The notes beneath the pieces are model-generated. The model was given only the letters and a program-made list of their open reading frames with translations. It did no database searches and was not told the DNA's origin. The translations under genes and the position numbers were made by a program. From Opitutaceae bacterium (GTDB taxonomy: Bacteria; Verrucomicrobiota; Verrucomicrobiia; Opitutales; Coraliomargaritaceae), in the NCBI GenBank assembly GCA_051252375.1, contig JBPOFY010000005.1:32001-96000 (forward strand): a DNA stretch of 64,000 nt, written 5' to 3'. This document shows, one piece after another, positions 48,982-60,167 of this stretch. Each line of letters starts with the position of its first letter. Within the stretch, counting starts at the first letter, position 1.

Positions 48982-51054
48982 TTACCAGTCGCGGACTTCG
49001 CCTCGGTTACGTGGGGCGGGTTGATCGATAAAGTGGAGTAGCTTTTCGCCGTCACGTAGGCTTTCGAGGAGGGCGGTGGCATCTTCTTGAGTCATGCCTT
49101 CCATTTGCATGGCTTGTCCGCCGGCTTGAGTGCCTGCTGCCTCGCCTTCTGAGGGTTCACCTTCGGTGGGCTGTGGAGCTTCGCCTTGCTCGCCTGCTTC
49201 TTCGGATTCTTCTTCGCCGGGTTGTGGTTGCGGGATGTCGTCGACAGGGTCTTCGGTGGATTCTTCTTCGCTTGCGCCGGACTGATTTTGCTCGTCCTTG
49301 GAAGGTTCGCCTTCATTGCCCTGCTCGGAGGATTGTTGTTCTGAAGACTCCTGGTTTTCGGAGTTCTCACCTTGTTTTGAATCTTGCTGTTCTCCTTGCT
49401 CAGAGTTTTCGCCATCCTGTTGATCTTGATTCTGCTGATCCTGATTTTCTTGGTCTTCGCCATTCTCAGAATCTTGCTGCTCTTGGTTTTGCTCTTCGGA
49501 AGATTGTGAATCGTCGGACTCTTGTTGGTTTTGCTCGGAGTCGTCTTGACTCTCTTCGGAGTCTTCCGACTCGTCTTGATTCTCCTGGTTTTGCTCCTGC
49601 TGTTGTTCTTGGATGGCTTCCATGGCTTCGCGAACAGCTTTTACTTTTTCTAAATCTTCGGTTGCAGCTTGGTCGTTGGGATCAACTTCAATGGCGGATT
49701 GAAAGAGTGCTTCGGCTTCTTTGATTTGTTCGATGGCGGCAGGGAGGTCGCCGGAGTCGTAGGTTTGGCGGCTGGTTTGATAAGTGCTGTGACCTAAGTT
49801 GTAGAGTGCATCGCGCTGTAGCTGTAAGTCGGCGGTATGGGCAATGCTGTTTTGGTAGAGCTTCTGTGCTTCTTCGTGTTCACCTGCGGTGAGGGCTTCG
49901 TATGCTTGGTTGTAGGTAATCCGCGCGTCTTCGGGGATTTCAGTTTCCAGTTCCAATGTGTCAGTTGTGAGATCTGAAATAGGTGTTTCGATCGCCTGTG
50001 CTTGTGTGTCTGTTGGAGTGACTGTGAGTAGTGCGGCAAACAGGAGGGCGGCATGAATGGAGGCGTTGCCGCGTCGGCGTATTAGGATTTCCAATACAAG
50101 GAAAAAGATGGCTGCGGCGAGGACCCATTGGAAGCGCTCAATAGGGCTTTCCTGTAGCTCGGCTTCGCGTTCTTCGCGGGGGAGTGTGGCGATGACGGAG
50201 TTGTAGAGGGAGTTGAGTGACTCGGAACTGAGCCGACTATATGTGCCACCGGTGACTTGAGCAATTTGTTGTAGGGTGGCTTCGTCGAGTTGGCTGCGAA
50301 CGGGTTGGCCTTGAGCGTCGCGAATGAATTCTTCTTTGCCTTCGGCGTTTCTAATGCGGAGGTATTCACCTTCAGGGGTGCCGATGCCGATGGCATAGAC
50401 CTTGATGCCGTTTTCGGCTGCTGCTTTGGCTGTTTCAATCGCGGTGCCGCCGAGGTCTTCGCCGTCGGTGAGGAGAATGATGACTTTAAAGTTGTTGTCT
50501 TTAGGGAAAGCTTTCTCGGCTTCTTTTAGGGCGTTGCCTAGATCGCTACCACCACTGGTCATGGTTTCGGGACCGATTGAATCGAGGCTTTCGCGAAAGG
50601 CGGAATAATCGAGAGTGGGAGGGGTTTGAAGAAAGGCGCGACCGGCGAAGGCGACGAGTCCGATACGGTCGCTGTCGAGGCGCTCCGTGAGGTCGATGAC
50701 AGCGAGTTTCGCGCGGTCGAGCCGCGTGGGGCGCATGTCGGTAGCGAGCATACTTTTGGAGCTGTCGAGGACGAAGACGATGTCGAGCCCGCGGGCTTTA
50801 CGCTCGGACCATTCGACGCCGTATTGTGGCCGTGCCAGTGCAATGCCGAGTGCGGCGAGACCGATAAGGAGGCACAGCGCTTTGAGTAAGGTGCGGGTGT
50901 GGCTGGCCTTTTCGGTGAGTTGACCGAGTAGTCGGGTGGCGGCGAATTTGCCAAGCAAGGTTTCGCGACGGCGCAATCCGAATGCGATCATGCCTGCCGC
51001 GATCAGGACGATTGCGGGTGTGATGTAAAGCCAGACTGTGTGCTCAAAATTCAT
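48982..51054 (-). CDS. VWA + TPR protein (BatB-BatC fusion) with Q/E/S-rich linker
   Basis: DSSKSM MIDAS, RLDRAK, PPTLDY, LLTDGED, TPR YNLG, C-terminal DW. Confidence 0.87.
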   Translation of the reverse strand: MNFEHTVWLYITPAIVLIAAGMIAFGLRRRETLLGKFAATRLLGQLTEKASHTRTLLKALCLLIGLAALGIALARPQYGVEWSERKARGLDIVFVLDSSKSMLATDMRPTRLDRAKLAVIDLTERLDSDRIGLVAFAGRAFLQTPPTLDYSAFRESLDSIGPETMTSGGSDLGNALKEAEKAFPKDNNFKVIILLTDGEDLGGTAIETAKAAAENGIKVYAIGIGTPEGEYLRIRNAEGKEEFIRDAQGQPVRSQLDEATLQQIAQVTGGTYSRLSSESLNSLYNSVIATLPREEREAELQESPIERFQWVLAAAIFFLVLEILIRRRGNASIHAALLFAALLTVTPTDTQAQAIETPISDLTTDTLELETEIPEDARITYNQAYEALTAGEHEEAQKLYQNSIAHTADLQLQRDALYNLGHSTYQTSRQTYDSGDLPAAIEQIKEAEALFQSAIEVDPNDQAATEDLEKVKAVREAMEAIQEQQQEQNQENQDESEDSEESQDDSEQNQQESDDSQSSEEQNQEQQDSENGEDQENQDQQNQDQQDGENSEQGEQQDSKQGENSENQESSEQQSSEQGNEGEPSKDEQNQSGASEEESTEDPVDDIPQPQPGEEESEEAGEQGEAPQPTEGEPSEGEAAGTQAGGQAMQMEGMTQEDATALLESLRDGEKLLHFIDQPAPRNRGEVRDW

Positions 51055-52088
51055 GGAAGTCGGCGATAGCGGGTGTTGCGTAGAACTTGTTCGATGAAGA
51101 GAAGTCCGAGACCGATGACTGCGGGCCAGATAAAGAGTTCGGTGAATGTGGCGTATGAACGGAGTTCGATGGTGGTCTTTTCGAGCTCGTCAATTTCTTC
51201 GTAGATCTTTTCCAGGTCGCCGCTTTCGGTGGCGCGGAAAAAGAGCCCGCCAGTCATGTTGGCGATCTCGGTCAGTTCGGTTTCGTCGTAGTTGGATACC
51301 ATGGTGTTCCCTCGGTAAATGGGGCGGCCATCTTTATCGCGAATGACGAAGCCTTCGCGGGTGGTTTCGGGTGCGGGGACGCGGCCTTTTTTACCAGTGG
51401 CGATGGTATATATTTTGACGCCGTAGGTTTTGGCGGCTTCGGCGGCACCGAGTGGAGAGATGACCCCAGCATTGTTTTCACCGTCGGTTAGTAGAATAAC
51501 AATGCGGCTGCGGGCTTCGTGGTCGCGGAGTCGGTTGACGCTGGCTCCGATGGCTGTGCCGATGGCTGTGCCGCCGCCGTCGATCTCGCCGAGTTCGAGG
51601 CGTTGAAGGTTTTTCTTGAGCCAGTCGTGATTGAGGGTGAGGGGACTGACGACATAGGCTTCGGAGGCAAAAGCGACAATGCCGATACGGTCATAGGGGC
51701 GTTTAGCGATGAAGCTTTCGACCACGCGCTTGGCGGCATCGAGGCGGGTGACGACGTCTTCGCGAGTGGAGAGGTCGAGTGCGCGCATGGATCCTGAAAG
51801 GTCGAGCGTGACGACGATGTCGATGCCATCGGCGTCGGTGGTGTCGTTCATCTTGCCGAATTGCGGACGGGCAAGTGCAGTGATGAGTGCGGCGAGTGCC
51901 AGCAGGCGGAGCGCAAAGAGTAATTTGCCGGCACGGCTGCGGCGTTGATGGCTGACTGCTTTAACAAGAGCTGTGCTTGAAAAACGCACGGCGGCTTCTG
52001 GGCCCATGCGTCCGGCCCACCAGGCAAGCAAGGGTAGCGCCAGCAGTAACAAGAAATAGGCGGGATCTTGGAATTGAAAGAAGCTCAC
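51051..52088 (-). CDS. VWA domain protein (BatA-like)
   Basis: [32 protein letters not shown]. Confidence 0.9.
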   Translation of the reverse strand: MSFFQFQDPAYFLLLLALPLLAWWAGRMGPEAAVRFSSTALVKAVSHQRRSRAGKLLFALRLLALAALITALARPQFGKMNDTTDADGIDIVVTLDLSGSMRALDLSTREDVVTRLDAAKRVVESFIAKRPYDRIGIVAFASEAYVVSPLTLNHDWLKKNLQRLELGEIDGGGTAIGTAIGASVNRLRDHEARSRIVILLTDGENNAGVISPLGAAEAAKTYGVKIYTIATGKKGRVPAPETTREGFVIRDKDGRPIYRGNTMVSNYDETELTEIANMTGGLFFRATESGDLEKIYEEIDELEKTTIELRSYATFTELFIWPAVIGLGLLFIEQVLRNTRYRRLP

Positions 52089-52654
52089 GATGGGGCGTCC
52101 TCCTTGGTTGCTTCTGCTTGTTGTATGAGTTCTTTGGCGAGCGTAGTCAGCTTCGTGCGTTGATCGCTATCGACTGTTTGTTGTGCAAACTTGATGCCAT
52201 CGCATTGTGCTAGAAATTGGGAGAGCTGCGCGCTGTATGTTTGGTCTAGCTGCGTGTTGCCTTTGAGCGAGCGTAGGAATTCTTCGCTGGTGCGTCCTTT
52301 TGCGGGGATGTTTAATCCTTCTTCGAAATAGCGGCGCAATGCGTTGGTGCTGATTACGGCGAAACGTTGGTCATCGGTGGTGAGTGCGGCTGCGGCCTCG
52401 AGTTCGGCGAGTGCGGTTGTGGCGGGTGCGAGTGCGATGTGCTGGTTCTTTAGGTGGCGCACGAACGCGATGATCGCCCAGATGATGAGTGCGAGTGCAA
52501 TGAGTCCGAGCACGATGAAGAGCGTGATTTGCCAAGGCTCGAACATGGGTATCTCAACCGGACCACGCACTCTGTCTAACGACGGGCCAGCCGGCAACTC
52601 AGGTAGCTGGCTGGTCGGTGCGGCGACTGGTGACTGTTGGTTGGTGAGTGGCAT
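52085..52654 (-). CDS. DUF4381-like single-pass membrane protein
   Basis: [10 protein letters not shown] helix, ALAELE, LRRYFE, TSEEFL, DGIKFA. Confidence 0.75.
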   Translation of the reverse strand: MPLTNQQSPVAAPTSQLPELPAGPSLDRVRGPVEIPMFEPWQITLFIVLGLIALALIIWAIIAFVRHLKNQHIALAPATTALAELEAAAALTTDDQRFAVISTNALRRYFEEGLNIPAKGRTSEEFLRSLKGNTQLDQTYSAQLSQFLAQCDGIKFAQQTVDSDQRTKLTTLAKELIQQAEATKEDAPS

Positions 52655-52812
52655 TTGTTGGAGAGAAGAGAGAAGAGAGAAGAAATGGGATAGGAGGGAG
52701 GCAGAATAATTTAGGGCAGAATAATTTTTTTAGAAGATGGAGGATGGGAGGTTGGTTATGAATGAGGAAAAGATGATGGCTGTTTTAGCTTTTTAGTATT
52801 TCAGCGTTTCCA

Positions 52813-53733
52813 CTAGTGCCTGCTGGCGCGTCGAGCGAAGAGCTTTCGGAGGGCGGGTAGGTAAGGTTGGTCGGTGCGGGCTTCGATCCAGTCGAGACCT
52901 TTCTTGCGCATGTTGCTGTCGAAGTGGGCGCGACGTTCTTCGGCGAGTGCGGCGTAGCGTTGACGAGTCTTGGCGCTGCTAGTGTCGACTTCGACCATTT
53001 CGCCAGTTTCGGCGTCTTCCAATGTGATCAGTCCTACATTGGGCAAGGTTTGTTCGCGTGGGTCGGAGAGTGCGATGCTGACGAGGTCGTGTCGTTGGTT
53101 GGTCAGCGAGAGGGTGTTGAAGAGGTTCGAACGTTCAACATCCAACGCCGAACGTTGAACGTTGAATGTGTCTGCGTCCAAGAAGTCAGAGATTAGGAAG
53201 ACGACTGTCTTGCGACGTTGCACGCGGTTGAGGTAGTCGAGGGCAACTTTATGATTGGTGCCACGGCCTTTGGGTTCGAAGAAGAGGATGTCGCGAATGG
53301 TGCGTAGCACATGGCGGCGACCTTTCTTGGGCGGGATGTAATGTTCGACTTCGTCGGTGTAGAGTAGGAGACCGACTTTGTCGTTGTTGAGCGTGGCTGA
53401 AAAGGCGATGACGCTGGCGATTTCGGCGGCGCGTTCGCGTTTGCTATGTTCGACTGATCCGAACACGCCCGAGGCGCTGAGGTCGATCAACAGCATGAGG
53501 GTGAGTTCGCGCTCTTCGCGGAAAACTTTCACGAAGGGGCGATCCATTTTCGCGCTGACGTTCCAGTCGATCGTGCGCACGTCGTCACCGATGGCGTATT
53601 CGCGGACTTCTTCGAAATCCATACCACGTCCTTTAAAAGAACTGTGGTAGGCGCCAGTCACGGAGTCCGTCACCAACTGGCGGGTGCGGATTTCGAGACG
53701 CCGGACTTTCTTTATGATGTCGGTGGGTGTCAC
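52813..53733 (-). CDS. DUF58 domain protein
   Basis: GRGMDFEEVREY..GDDVRTIDWNV, DLSASG, LISDF; GTG start. Confidence 0.92.
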   Translation of the reverse strand: MTPTDIIKKVRRLEIRTRQLVTDSVTGAYHSSFKGRGMDFEEVREYAIGDDVRTIDWNVSAKMDRPFVKVFREERELTLMLLIDLSASGVFGSVEHSKRERAAEIASVIAFSATLNNDKVGLLLYTDEVEHYIPPKKGRRHVLRTIRDILFFEPKGRGTNHKVALDYLNRVQRRKTVVFLISDFLDADTFNVQRSALDVERSNLFNTLSLTNQRHDLVSIALSDPREQTLPNVGLITLEDAETGEMVEVDTSSAKTRQRYAALAEERRAHFDSNMRKKGLDWIEARTDQPYLPALRKLFARRASRH

Positions 53734-53782
53734 TTGAATAACTAATGGCTAATGAATAATAGCTAATGAGTGATTTCGGGAC

Positions 53783-54778
53783 CTAGGGGACTGGGACGGC
53801 TTCGAAGATGGAGGTGACGAGGTCTTCGCTGGTGATCTCTTCAGCTTCGGCTTCGTAGCTGGGGATCACGCGGTGGCGAAGCACGTCCATGCCGATTTCC
53901 TTGATGTCTTGTGGAATGACGTAACCGCGGCCTTGCATGAGCGCCCAGGCTTTGGCGGCTAGTGTGAGGCTGATCGTGGCGCGAGGGCTGGCTCCGAATT
54001 GGATGTATTGAGCGAGCTCGAGCTTGAAAGCTTTCGGATCGCGGGTGGCGAGGATGAGATCGACGATGTAGTCGCGGATCTTGGGGTCGACGTAGACATC
54101 GTTGACGGATTTACGCGCATCGGCAATGGCTTCGAGTGTGGTGACCGGGTTGACGTCTAGCTTGGGTGCGGTCGATGACATGCGGTCGAGGATTTCGCGC
54201 TCTTCAGCTTTGCTGGGGTAGCCGACTTTGAGTTTTAACATGAAACGGTCGACTTGTGCCTCGGGTAGTGGGTAGGTGCCTTCTTGGTCGATCGGATTTT
54301 CAGTTGCGAGGACGAGGAAGGGTTCCGGAAGTTTGTAAGTGGCGTCGCCGATGGTGACTTGACGCTCTTGCATGGCTTCGAGGAGCGCGCTTTGCACTTT
54401 GGCGGGGGCACGATTGATTTCGTCCGCCAGCACGAGGTTGGCGAAGATGGGACCCTTACGTGTGTGGAAGGTGCTGTCCTTAGGGCTGTAGATCAGGGTG
54501 CCGATGATGTCGGCTGGTAAGAGATCGGGGGTGAACTGGATGCGCTTGAAGTCGGCGGCTGTAGCTGTCGCGAGTGTGCGGATACTGAGTGTCTTTGCTA
54601 GTCCGGGGACGCCTTCTAGGAGCACGTGGCCATTGGCGAGGAGACCGACCAAGAGGCGGTCGACCAAGTAGCGTTGTCCGACGATGACGCTGCCAATTTC
54701 TTCGCGCAGGGTCGGGATCCAACTAATCGCGGCTTTGATGGAGGCTTCTGTTTCAGGAGAAGTTGTAGGTTGAGTCAT
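53783..54778 (-). CDS. moxR: MoxR-family AAA+ ATPase
   Basis: LLEGVPGLAKT, RIQFTPDLLPADI, LADEINRA, EGTYPLPEAQVDRF, GASPRA. Confidence 0.95.
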   Translation of the reverse strand: MTQPTTSPETEASIKAAISWIPTLREEIGSVIVGQRYLVDRLLVGLLANGHVLLEGVPGLAKTLSIRTLATATAADFKRIQFTPDLLPADIIGTLIYSPKDSTFHTRKGPIFANLVLADEINRAPAKVQSALLEAMQERQVTIGDATYKLPEPFLVLATENPIDQEGTYPLPEAQVDRFMLKLKVGYPSKAEEREILDRMSSTAPKLDVNPVTTLEAIADARKSVNDVYVDPKIRDYIVDLILATRDPKAFKLELAQYIQFGASPRATISLTLAAKAWALMQGRGYVIPQDIKEIGMDVLRHRVIPSYEAEAEEITSEDLVTSIFEAVPVP

Positions 54779-54899
54779 AATAGTATGCAAAAAGTGAGAG
54801 ATTTTTGGTTATCAGCGTTCACTGACAGCTGATCAATGGATCGGTTTCATAGGAATGTGAAGATTGCTTTTTAAGTCAAGTTGCGCCTTATTGTCTCAC

Positions 54900-56267
54900 A
54901 TGCCAGCAACCATTTTAGTCGTCGATGACGAGAAGAACACCCGCGAAGGGCTAGGGCTTGCCTTAGAGGAAGAATATGAGGTCTATATGGCTTCCGGTGC
55001 GGAGGAGGCGTTCAACCTGATGGAGGCAGAAAGCTTTGATGTTATTTTGACGGATTTGCGGATGGCGGGAAAGTCGGGTCTGAAAGTGATTGATAAAGCG
55101 ATCACTCTGCCGAATCGACCGATCTGTATTATGATGACGGCCTATGGTAACGTGGAGACTGCGGTCGAAGCGATGCGACGTGGGGCTTTCGACTTTTTGA
55201 CAAAGCCGGTGAGTTTGGAGAAATTGGAGATTCTGATTAAGCGCGCGCTTCAGTCCCGCACAATTGAGGCAGAGAACGTTGTGCTGCACGAGCGCTTGGA
55301 TAAAAAATACAGTTTCGATGGGATTGTGGGCAATTCGCCGAGCCTTGTGGATGTTTTGGACAAGGTGAAACTGGTGGCGCCGTCGAAGGCCACTGTGCTG
55401 CTTGAGGGTGAGACGGGCACGGGTAAGGAACTCATTGCGCAGGCCATCCACCAGAATAGTAATCGCGCGCGCCAGGCGTTTGTGCCGGTCCATTGTGCGG
55501 CCTTGGCTGCGAATCTGCTCGAAAGCGAACTATTTGGGCACGAGAAGGGCGCTTTCACTGGCGCGACTGAGCGGCGGATCGGACGGTTTGAATCGGCTGA
55601 TAAAGGGACATTGTTTTTGGATGAAATCGGTGAAATCGATGCGTCGACTCAGGTGAAATTGCTGCGCTTCCTAGAAACTCGTAGTTTCGAGCGACTTGGT
55701 AGCTCTAAGCCAGTGCAGGTGGACGTGCGCCTCGTGTGCGCAACCAACCGCAACCTCGCTGAAATGGCTAAAACGGGCGAATTCCGCGAAGACCTGCTGT
55801 ATCGTCTGAATGTTGTTACGATCGATTTACCGGCTCTGCGGGATCGCCACGACGATCTGCTGGTTTTACTCAATCACTACATGCACTTTTTTGCGGAGGA
55901 GAACGAAGTGGAGCCCGTCGTGTTGACTGAAGGTGCGCTCAAGGTGCTACGTGCATACACTTGGCCAGGTAATATACGCGAACTTCGGAACTTCTGTGAG
56001 AATATCGTCGTGCTGAAACGAGGCAGTGAGGTCAATGAATACGACCTCGATGCCAAGTATCATGCCCTGGTCGAGGCCCACCAATCGCCACAGATGCTGA
56101 GCAGTAGTCCTACGCTGAGTAAGGAGGAGAACGAAAAACGTTTACTGCGTAATGCACTGATTAAGGCGAATGGCAACCGCACTAAGGCTGCAGAGTTGAT
56201 GGGGATCAGCCGCCGGACGCTCCATCGTAAGATCACTCAATGGCCCGAACTCGACGTGGGGAAGTAG
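54900..56267 (+). CDS. Sigma-54-dependent response regulator (NtrC/AtoC-like)
   Basis: Receiver domain (VVDDE, TDLRM), GETGTGKE, GAFTGA, FLDEIG, WPGNIREL, Fis-type HTH. Confidence 0.95.
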   Translation: MPATILVVDDEKNTREGLGLALEEEYEVYMASGAEEAFNLMEAESFDVILTDLRMAGKSGLKVIDKAITLPNRPICIMMTAYGNVETAVEAMRRGAFDFLTKPVSLEKLEILIKRALQSRTIEAENVVLHERLDKKYSFDGIVGNSPSLVDVLDKVKLVAPSKATVLLEGETGTGKELIAQAIHQNSNRARQAFVPVHCAALAANLLESELFGHEKGAFTGATERRIGRFESADKGTLFLDEIGEIDASTQVKLLRFLETRSFERLGSSKPVQVDVRLVCATNRNLAEMAKTGEFREDLLYRLNVVTIDLPALRDRHDDLLVLLNHYMHFFAEENEVEPVVLTEGALKVLRAYTWPGNIRELRNFCENIVVLKRGSEVNEYDLDAKYHALVEAHQSPQMLSSSPTLSKEENEKRLLRNALIKANGNRTKAAELMGISRRTLHRKITQWPELDVGK

Positions 56268-56382
56268 TGCGGTCTGCTGGGAGTGAGGCATTGATGTTTG
56301 ACTCTCTCTGCTTGATTCACAGGAATACTACCACGATTGACTCATTTTTGATAAATTGCCTACCCCGTTTGTATTTATACTT

Positions 56383-57243
56383 ATGCTTACTCGCTTTTCT
56401 TTAATTTTTCTCACTGCTTCCACTTTACTAAGTGCGGTCGAAGTCCGTATGGCGGCATCTGATCTCCTCGCTGATTTTATTAAAGCGCCACTTGATGCTT
56501 ATGGTGCGGTGAATGATATAACGTTTAACATCGAAAGCGTTGGTAGTTTGCCTGCGATGGATCGTTTGAGGTCTGATGAAATTGATTTAGCAATCATTGC
56601 AGTGCCTGATGCCAGTCAAGTGCCACGTGATGAATTCATGGTCTATCCATTTGCTTATGATGTTGCGGTAGTTGCTGTTAATGCGGGTAACCCTATTGAC
56701 GAAATCACGCTCAGTCGCCTTGGCGGCATTTTTGGATTGAATGAAGAATTCAACTACAACAATTGGGGAGAGTTGGGGCTTTCTGGTTGGGGCAGCCGTT
56801 CGATCAAGCCGATGGCTGGGCCTTCCGAAAGAAGTATTTCACTCGAGCTTTTCAAGCACTCCGTTTTTAAGGGAGCCGTGATGAAGCCAAAGGTTGCCAT
56901 GGTAAAGGACACGGAAGTGGAAGACATGCTCGCCAGTGACGCTGGTTCGATTGCGATTCTTTCATCATTACCCACTAGCGGGAAAGTAAAGACGCTCTTG
57001 GTGGCTGAGACATCAGATAGTCCTGCCTTCGGTCCTTCTGAGGACAATGTTCATTATGGAGACTATCCTATCCGTTTGTCCTTTTATATTGTTTATAATC
57101 AGCGCGATGAGGCTAAAATGAAGCCAGTTCTTCGAGTGTTGTTGGATGATGTTACTGCTGAGAGTTTACGTTCAAATAAGCTATTTGCCCTTCCAGATAC
57201 GATCCGCCGAAAGCTGACAATCGATCTCGATTTAGAAAATTAA
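56383..57243 (+). CDS. Periplasmic substrate-binding protein, PstS/PBP2-like
   Basis: Signal peptide; GS..A...L....IDLAI, AYDVAVVAVN..NPIDEITL..L..IF, G.YPI; phosphate ligands look divergent. Confidence 0.65.
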   Translation: MLTRFSLIFLTASTLLSAVEVRMAASDLLADFIKAPLDAYGAVNDITFNIESVGSLPAMDRLRSDEIDLAIIAVPDASQVPRDEFMVYPFAYDVAVVAVNAGNPIDEITLSRLGGIFGLNEEFNYNNWGELGLSGWGSRSIKPMAGPSERSISLELFKHSVFKGAVMKPKVAMVKDTEVEDMLASDAGSIAILSSLPTSGKVKTLLVAETSDSPAFGPSEDNVHYGDYPIRLSFYIVYNQRDEAKMKPVLRVLLDDVTAESLRSNKLFALPDTIRRKLTIDLDLEN

Positions 57244-57309
57244 TTTTTATAAAAAAACGCGTTGACATAGGAAGCCTCTTATAGATTCTCTCGGCTTCTT
57301 TCAACAAAA

Positions 57310-57385
<76 letters not shown>

Positions 57386-57391
57386 ATTTCT

Positions 57392-57425
57392 AAAAGGCCT
57401 TCGGATCGTTCCGGAGGCCTTTTTT
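57392..57425 (+). terminator. Terminator after tRNA-Gly
   Basis: AAAAGGCCTTCGGA-TCGT-TCCGGAGGCC followed by T7. Confidence 0.85.
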
Positions 57426-57543
57426 ATGCAACAAGGAAGAGGTGAGAACTCGGCCGGAGAGTTTGACGGAGCCCTGAGCTTGTCGAAGGGCGGAGATGGC
57501 CCGGTCGCAGACCGCTGCGCAGCAGTGAGGCACAGCCTCAGGC

Positions 57544-57609
57544 AACCTCTTCACTCACTCCATTTTCTTAAAGGCCTCCGATTTAATCCGGGGGCCTTTT
57601 TTGTGCAAC
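57544..57609 (+). repeat. Direct repeat of the tRNA-Gly 3' end plus terminator
   Basis: AACCTCTTCACTCACTCCA (19 nt) identical to 57367-57385, followed by a variant of the same terminator and TGCAAC; 177-bp offset. Confidence 0.9.
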
Positions 57610-57714
57610 GCCTTGCACCTTCGACGGTTCGGGTCGCTCACGGCTCAAGTCGGGGAGAGTGGGGCGGCTACATTTAAGTGTTTCTCCGGGGCGGTCGATA
57701 AGTCTGGGTCATTC

Positions 57715-57796
57715 TGTAGCCACGGCAGTCTCTGCCGTGTCTTGCAAGGAGTTCCCGTTGCTAAGGCTCAACACGGCAGAGACTGCCGTGGCTACA
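57715..57796. repeat. GTAG-type REP doublet
   Basis: TGTAGCCACGGCAGTCTCTGCCGTGT ... ACACGGCAGAGACTGCCGTGGCTACA, a perfect inverted pair. Confidence 0.88.
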
Positions 57797-57926
57797 TTTA
57801 ATTATTTCAGAGGTTCTGCTGGCTAAATTCCTGATCGCCATTGACTCGCATCGTCATGTTTATTGAGTGCCTGCTTTGCTTTGGCGCAGATTGTCTGCGT
57901 ATGGTTTAACTGTATTACTTTTTATT

Positions 57927-59291
57927 ATGTCACAAGTTCGCGTCCGTTTTGCTCCGAGTCCTACCGGTTTCTTCCACATTGGAAGTGCCCGCACGGCATT
58001 ATTTAATTGGCTGTATGCTCGCCATACAGGGGGCACTTTTGTGCTACGGATTGAAGATACCGACAAGGAGCGTAATACGGATGAAGCACTGCGTGTGCTT
58101 TTGGAAGGCATGCGCTGGCTCGGGCTCGACTGGGATGAAGGACCTGAAGCGGGCGGCGACTATGGACCTTATTTTCAGAGCCAACGTCAGTCGATCTACG
58201 ATGAGTATCTTAAAAAGTTGGTCGATGCCGGTCGCACTTACGAGAAAGACGGAGCTATCTGGTTCAAGCTGGAGGGCGAGCGTTACACGGCTTACGACGA
58301 GTATCTTAAAGCTGAGATTGAGAAGGTCAAAACTGTGCCCGTCGTGATCGACGACGCAGTTCGTGGTCGTGTCGAGCGCGCGGAGGAGAAGGATTTCGTT
58401 CTTGTTCGTAAGGACGGCAGCCCGGTTTTTCACTTTGTCAATGTGGTCGACGATATCGCCATGGGGATCACTCACGTCATTCGCGGTGAAGACCATCTTT
58501 CCAATACGAGTAAGCACGTCGAGCTCTTCAACGCGTTCGGCGTTGAGCCTCCTGTGTTTGCCCATATCCCCTTGATTCTGAAAGAAGAAGGCTCGGGCAA
58601 AATGAGCAAGCGCGACAAAGGCGCATTGATCGAAGAATATGAAGAGCGTGGTTTTCTTGCTGCAGCGGTGAGGAACTATATCTCCTTGCTCGGTTGGAAT
58701 CCGAAAGACGAGCGTGAGAAGATGGATATCGGTGAGATCATCGACCTGTTTGATTTCCCCGGTATCAACAAAGGCAATTCACGTTTCGACGAGAAGAAGC
58801 TCTCTGCGCTGAATGCCGAGTATTTGCGTGAACTGAATCTGGAGAGCTTTACCTTCCTCGCGCGTCCATTGCTCAACCAAGCTGGGGTGGTTGCAGAGGA
58901 TGAGGACGAAGATTACTTGCAAGCCGTCTTGGGGCTCTGCCAACCCAAAGCACGTTCACTCGATACAATGAGTGAGATGTGCGCCTACTTTTTCCAGGAC
59001 GATTATGCGTTGGATGAAAAGACGGGTGCTAAAATATCGAAAAAAGCGGATCCGAAAGTATTGCTCGCCGAGGTGCTGCCTATTTTGGAAACAATGGAGC
59101 CCTTCGACGCGGATAGTTTGAAGTCGGCTCTCGAGGCGCATGCAGAATCTCAGGGACAGAAGGTATTCGCCTATTTCCCTGCACTGCGTTATTCCGTAAG
59201 CGGGCAGGGCGGTGGACCTGATTTGTTGCCGATGCTTGCAGTGATGGGGCGTGATCGTGTGGTTTCTCGGATTCAGCGATTCATTGGTTAG
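57927..59291 (+). CDS. gltX: Glutamate--tRNA ligase
   Basis: [29 protein letters not shown], anticodon-binding domain; ATG at 57927. Confidence 0.95.
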   Translation: MSQVRVRFAPSPTGFFHIGSARTALFNWLYARHTGGTFVLRIEDTDKERNTDEALRVLLEGMRWLGLDWDEGPEAGGDYGPYFQSQRQSIYDEYLKKLVDAGRTYEKDGAIWFKLEGERYTAYDEYLKAEIEKVKTVPVVIDDAVRGRVERAEEKDFVLVRKDGSPVFHFVNVVDDIAMGITHVIRGEDHLSNTSKHVELFNAFGVEPPVFAHIPLILKEEGSGKMSKRDKGALIEEYEERGFLAAAVRNYISLLGWNPKDEREKMDIGEIIDLFDFPGINKGNSRFDEKKLSALNAEYLRELNLESFTFLARPLLNQAGVVAEDEDEDYLQAVLGLCQPKARSLDTMSEMCAYFFQDDYALDEKTGAKISKKADPKVLLAEVLPILETMEPFDADSLKSALEAHAESQGQKVFAYFPALRYSVSGQGGGPDLLPMLAVMGRDRVVSRIQRFIG

Positions 59292-59506
59292 CAGAATCGT
59301 GGTGTTTCGCAAAATACTGTAGGCGAGAAAAGAGTTGAAATGCTAAAACCTCTGCGTAAAAGTGGGTGTTCTTGTATGGTTAACCAATCACAACCAAATA
59401 TGGTATGAAGCGACACTTAAGCGGACAGCACGGAGCTGCCCTCGCTTTGTCTTAGGTTTTTACTGGCTGAAATCCGATACAAGACGCACATCTCCCTTAA
59501 TAATTA

Positions 59507-60160
59507 ATGGCAAAATACCCGAATTCTCGCGGCAACTATCACAACCGTAATCAAGGACCTAAAGGTCTAAGAAGAAATGATCGCATCCGCGCAGCTGAAG
59601 TCCGCGTGATCGGCCCTGAAGGCACCAACATCGGTGTGATGCCTCCCAAGAAGGCACTAGAACTGGCCAAGAAAGTAGGGCTCGATTTGATCGAAGTATC
59701 GCCGGCTGCGCGCCCACCGGTATGCCGTATTTTGGATTTCGGCAAGTTCCTCTACGAGGAGAGTAAAAAGGCTAAGGATACGAAGCAGCACAGCACCAAG
59801 TTGAAAGAGGTGAAGTTTCGTGTGTCGATTGGTAGCCATGACTTTGAAACCAAACTGCGCCGTGCGGAAAATTTCCTCCACCATGGCAACAAGGTGAAAT
59901 TAACTTTGCAGTTCCGTGGTCGTGAGAATGAGCACCGCGAGCTTGGCTTTAATCGTGTTAATTTGGCAAAAGATGAGTTGGCTGGTGTCTCCACCGCTGA
60001 TTCACCACCACGCTTGGTGGGTCGTCAAGTGACCGCTATTTTATCTCCACTTCCTGAAGGTAAACGTAAATTGAAATTCAATCGTCCTGATGTGGAACTA
60101 GATACTAGTGAGGATCATGATGACGATGATTTTGAAGCAGAAGAAGAGTCAGATTCCTAG
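59507..60160 (+). CDS. infC: Translation initiation factor IF-3
   Basis: [44 protein letters not shown]. Confidence 0.96.
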   Translation: MAKYPNSRGNYHNRNQGPKGLRRNDRIRAAEVRVIGPEGTNIGVMPPKKALELAKKVGLDLIEVSPAARPPVCRILDFGKFLYEESKKAKDTKQHSTKLKEVKFRVSIGSHDFETKLRRAENFLHHGNKVKLTLQFRGRENEHRELGFNRVNLAKDELAGVSTADSPPRLVGRQVTAILSPLPEGKRKLKFNRPDVELDTSEDHDDDDFEAEEESDS

Positions 60161-60167
60161 TTAAGGC

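Noticed and set aside
49100..49620. Q/E/S/N-rich low-complexity tract as a novel repeat protein
   Set aside because: Such acidic linkers are a normal part of BatC-type proteins.
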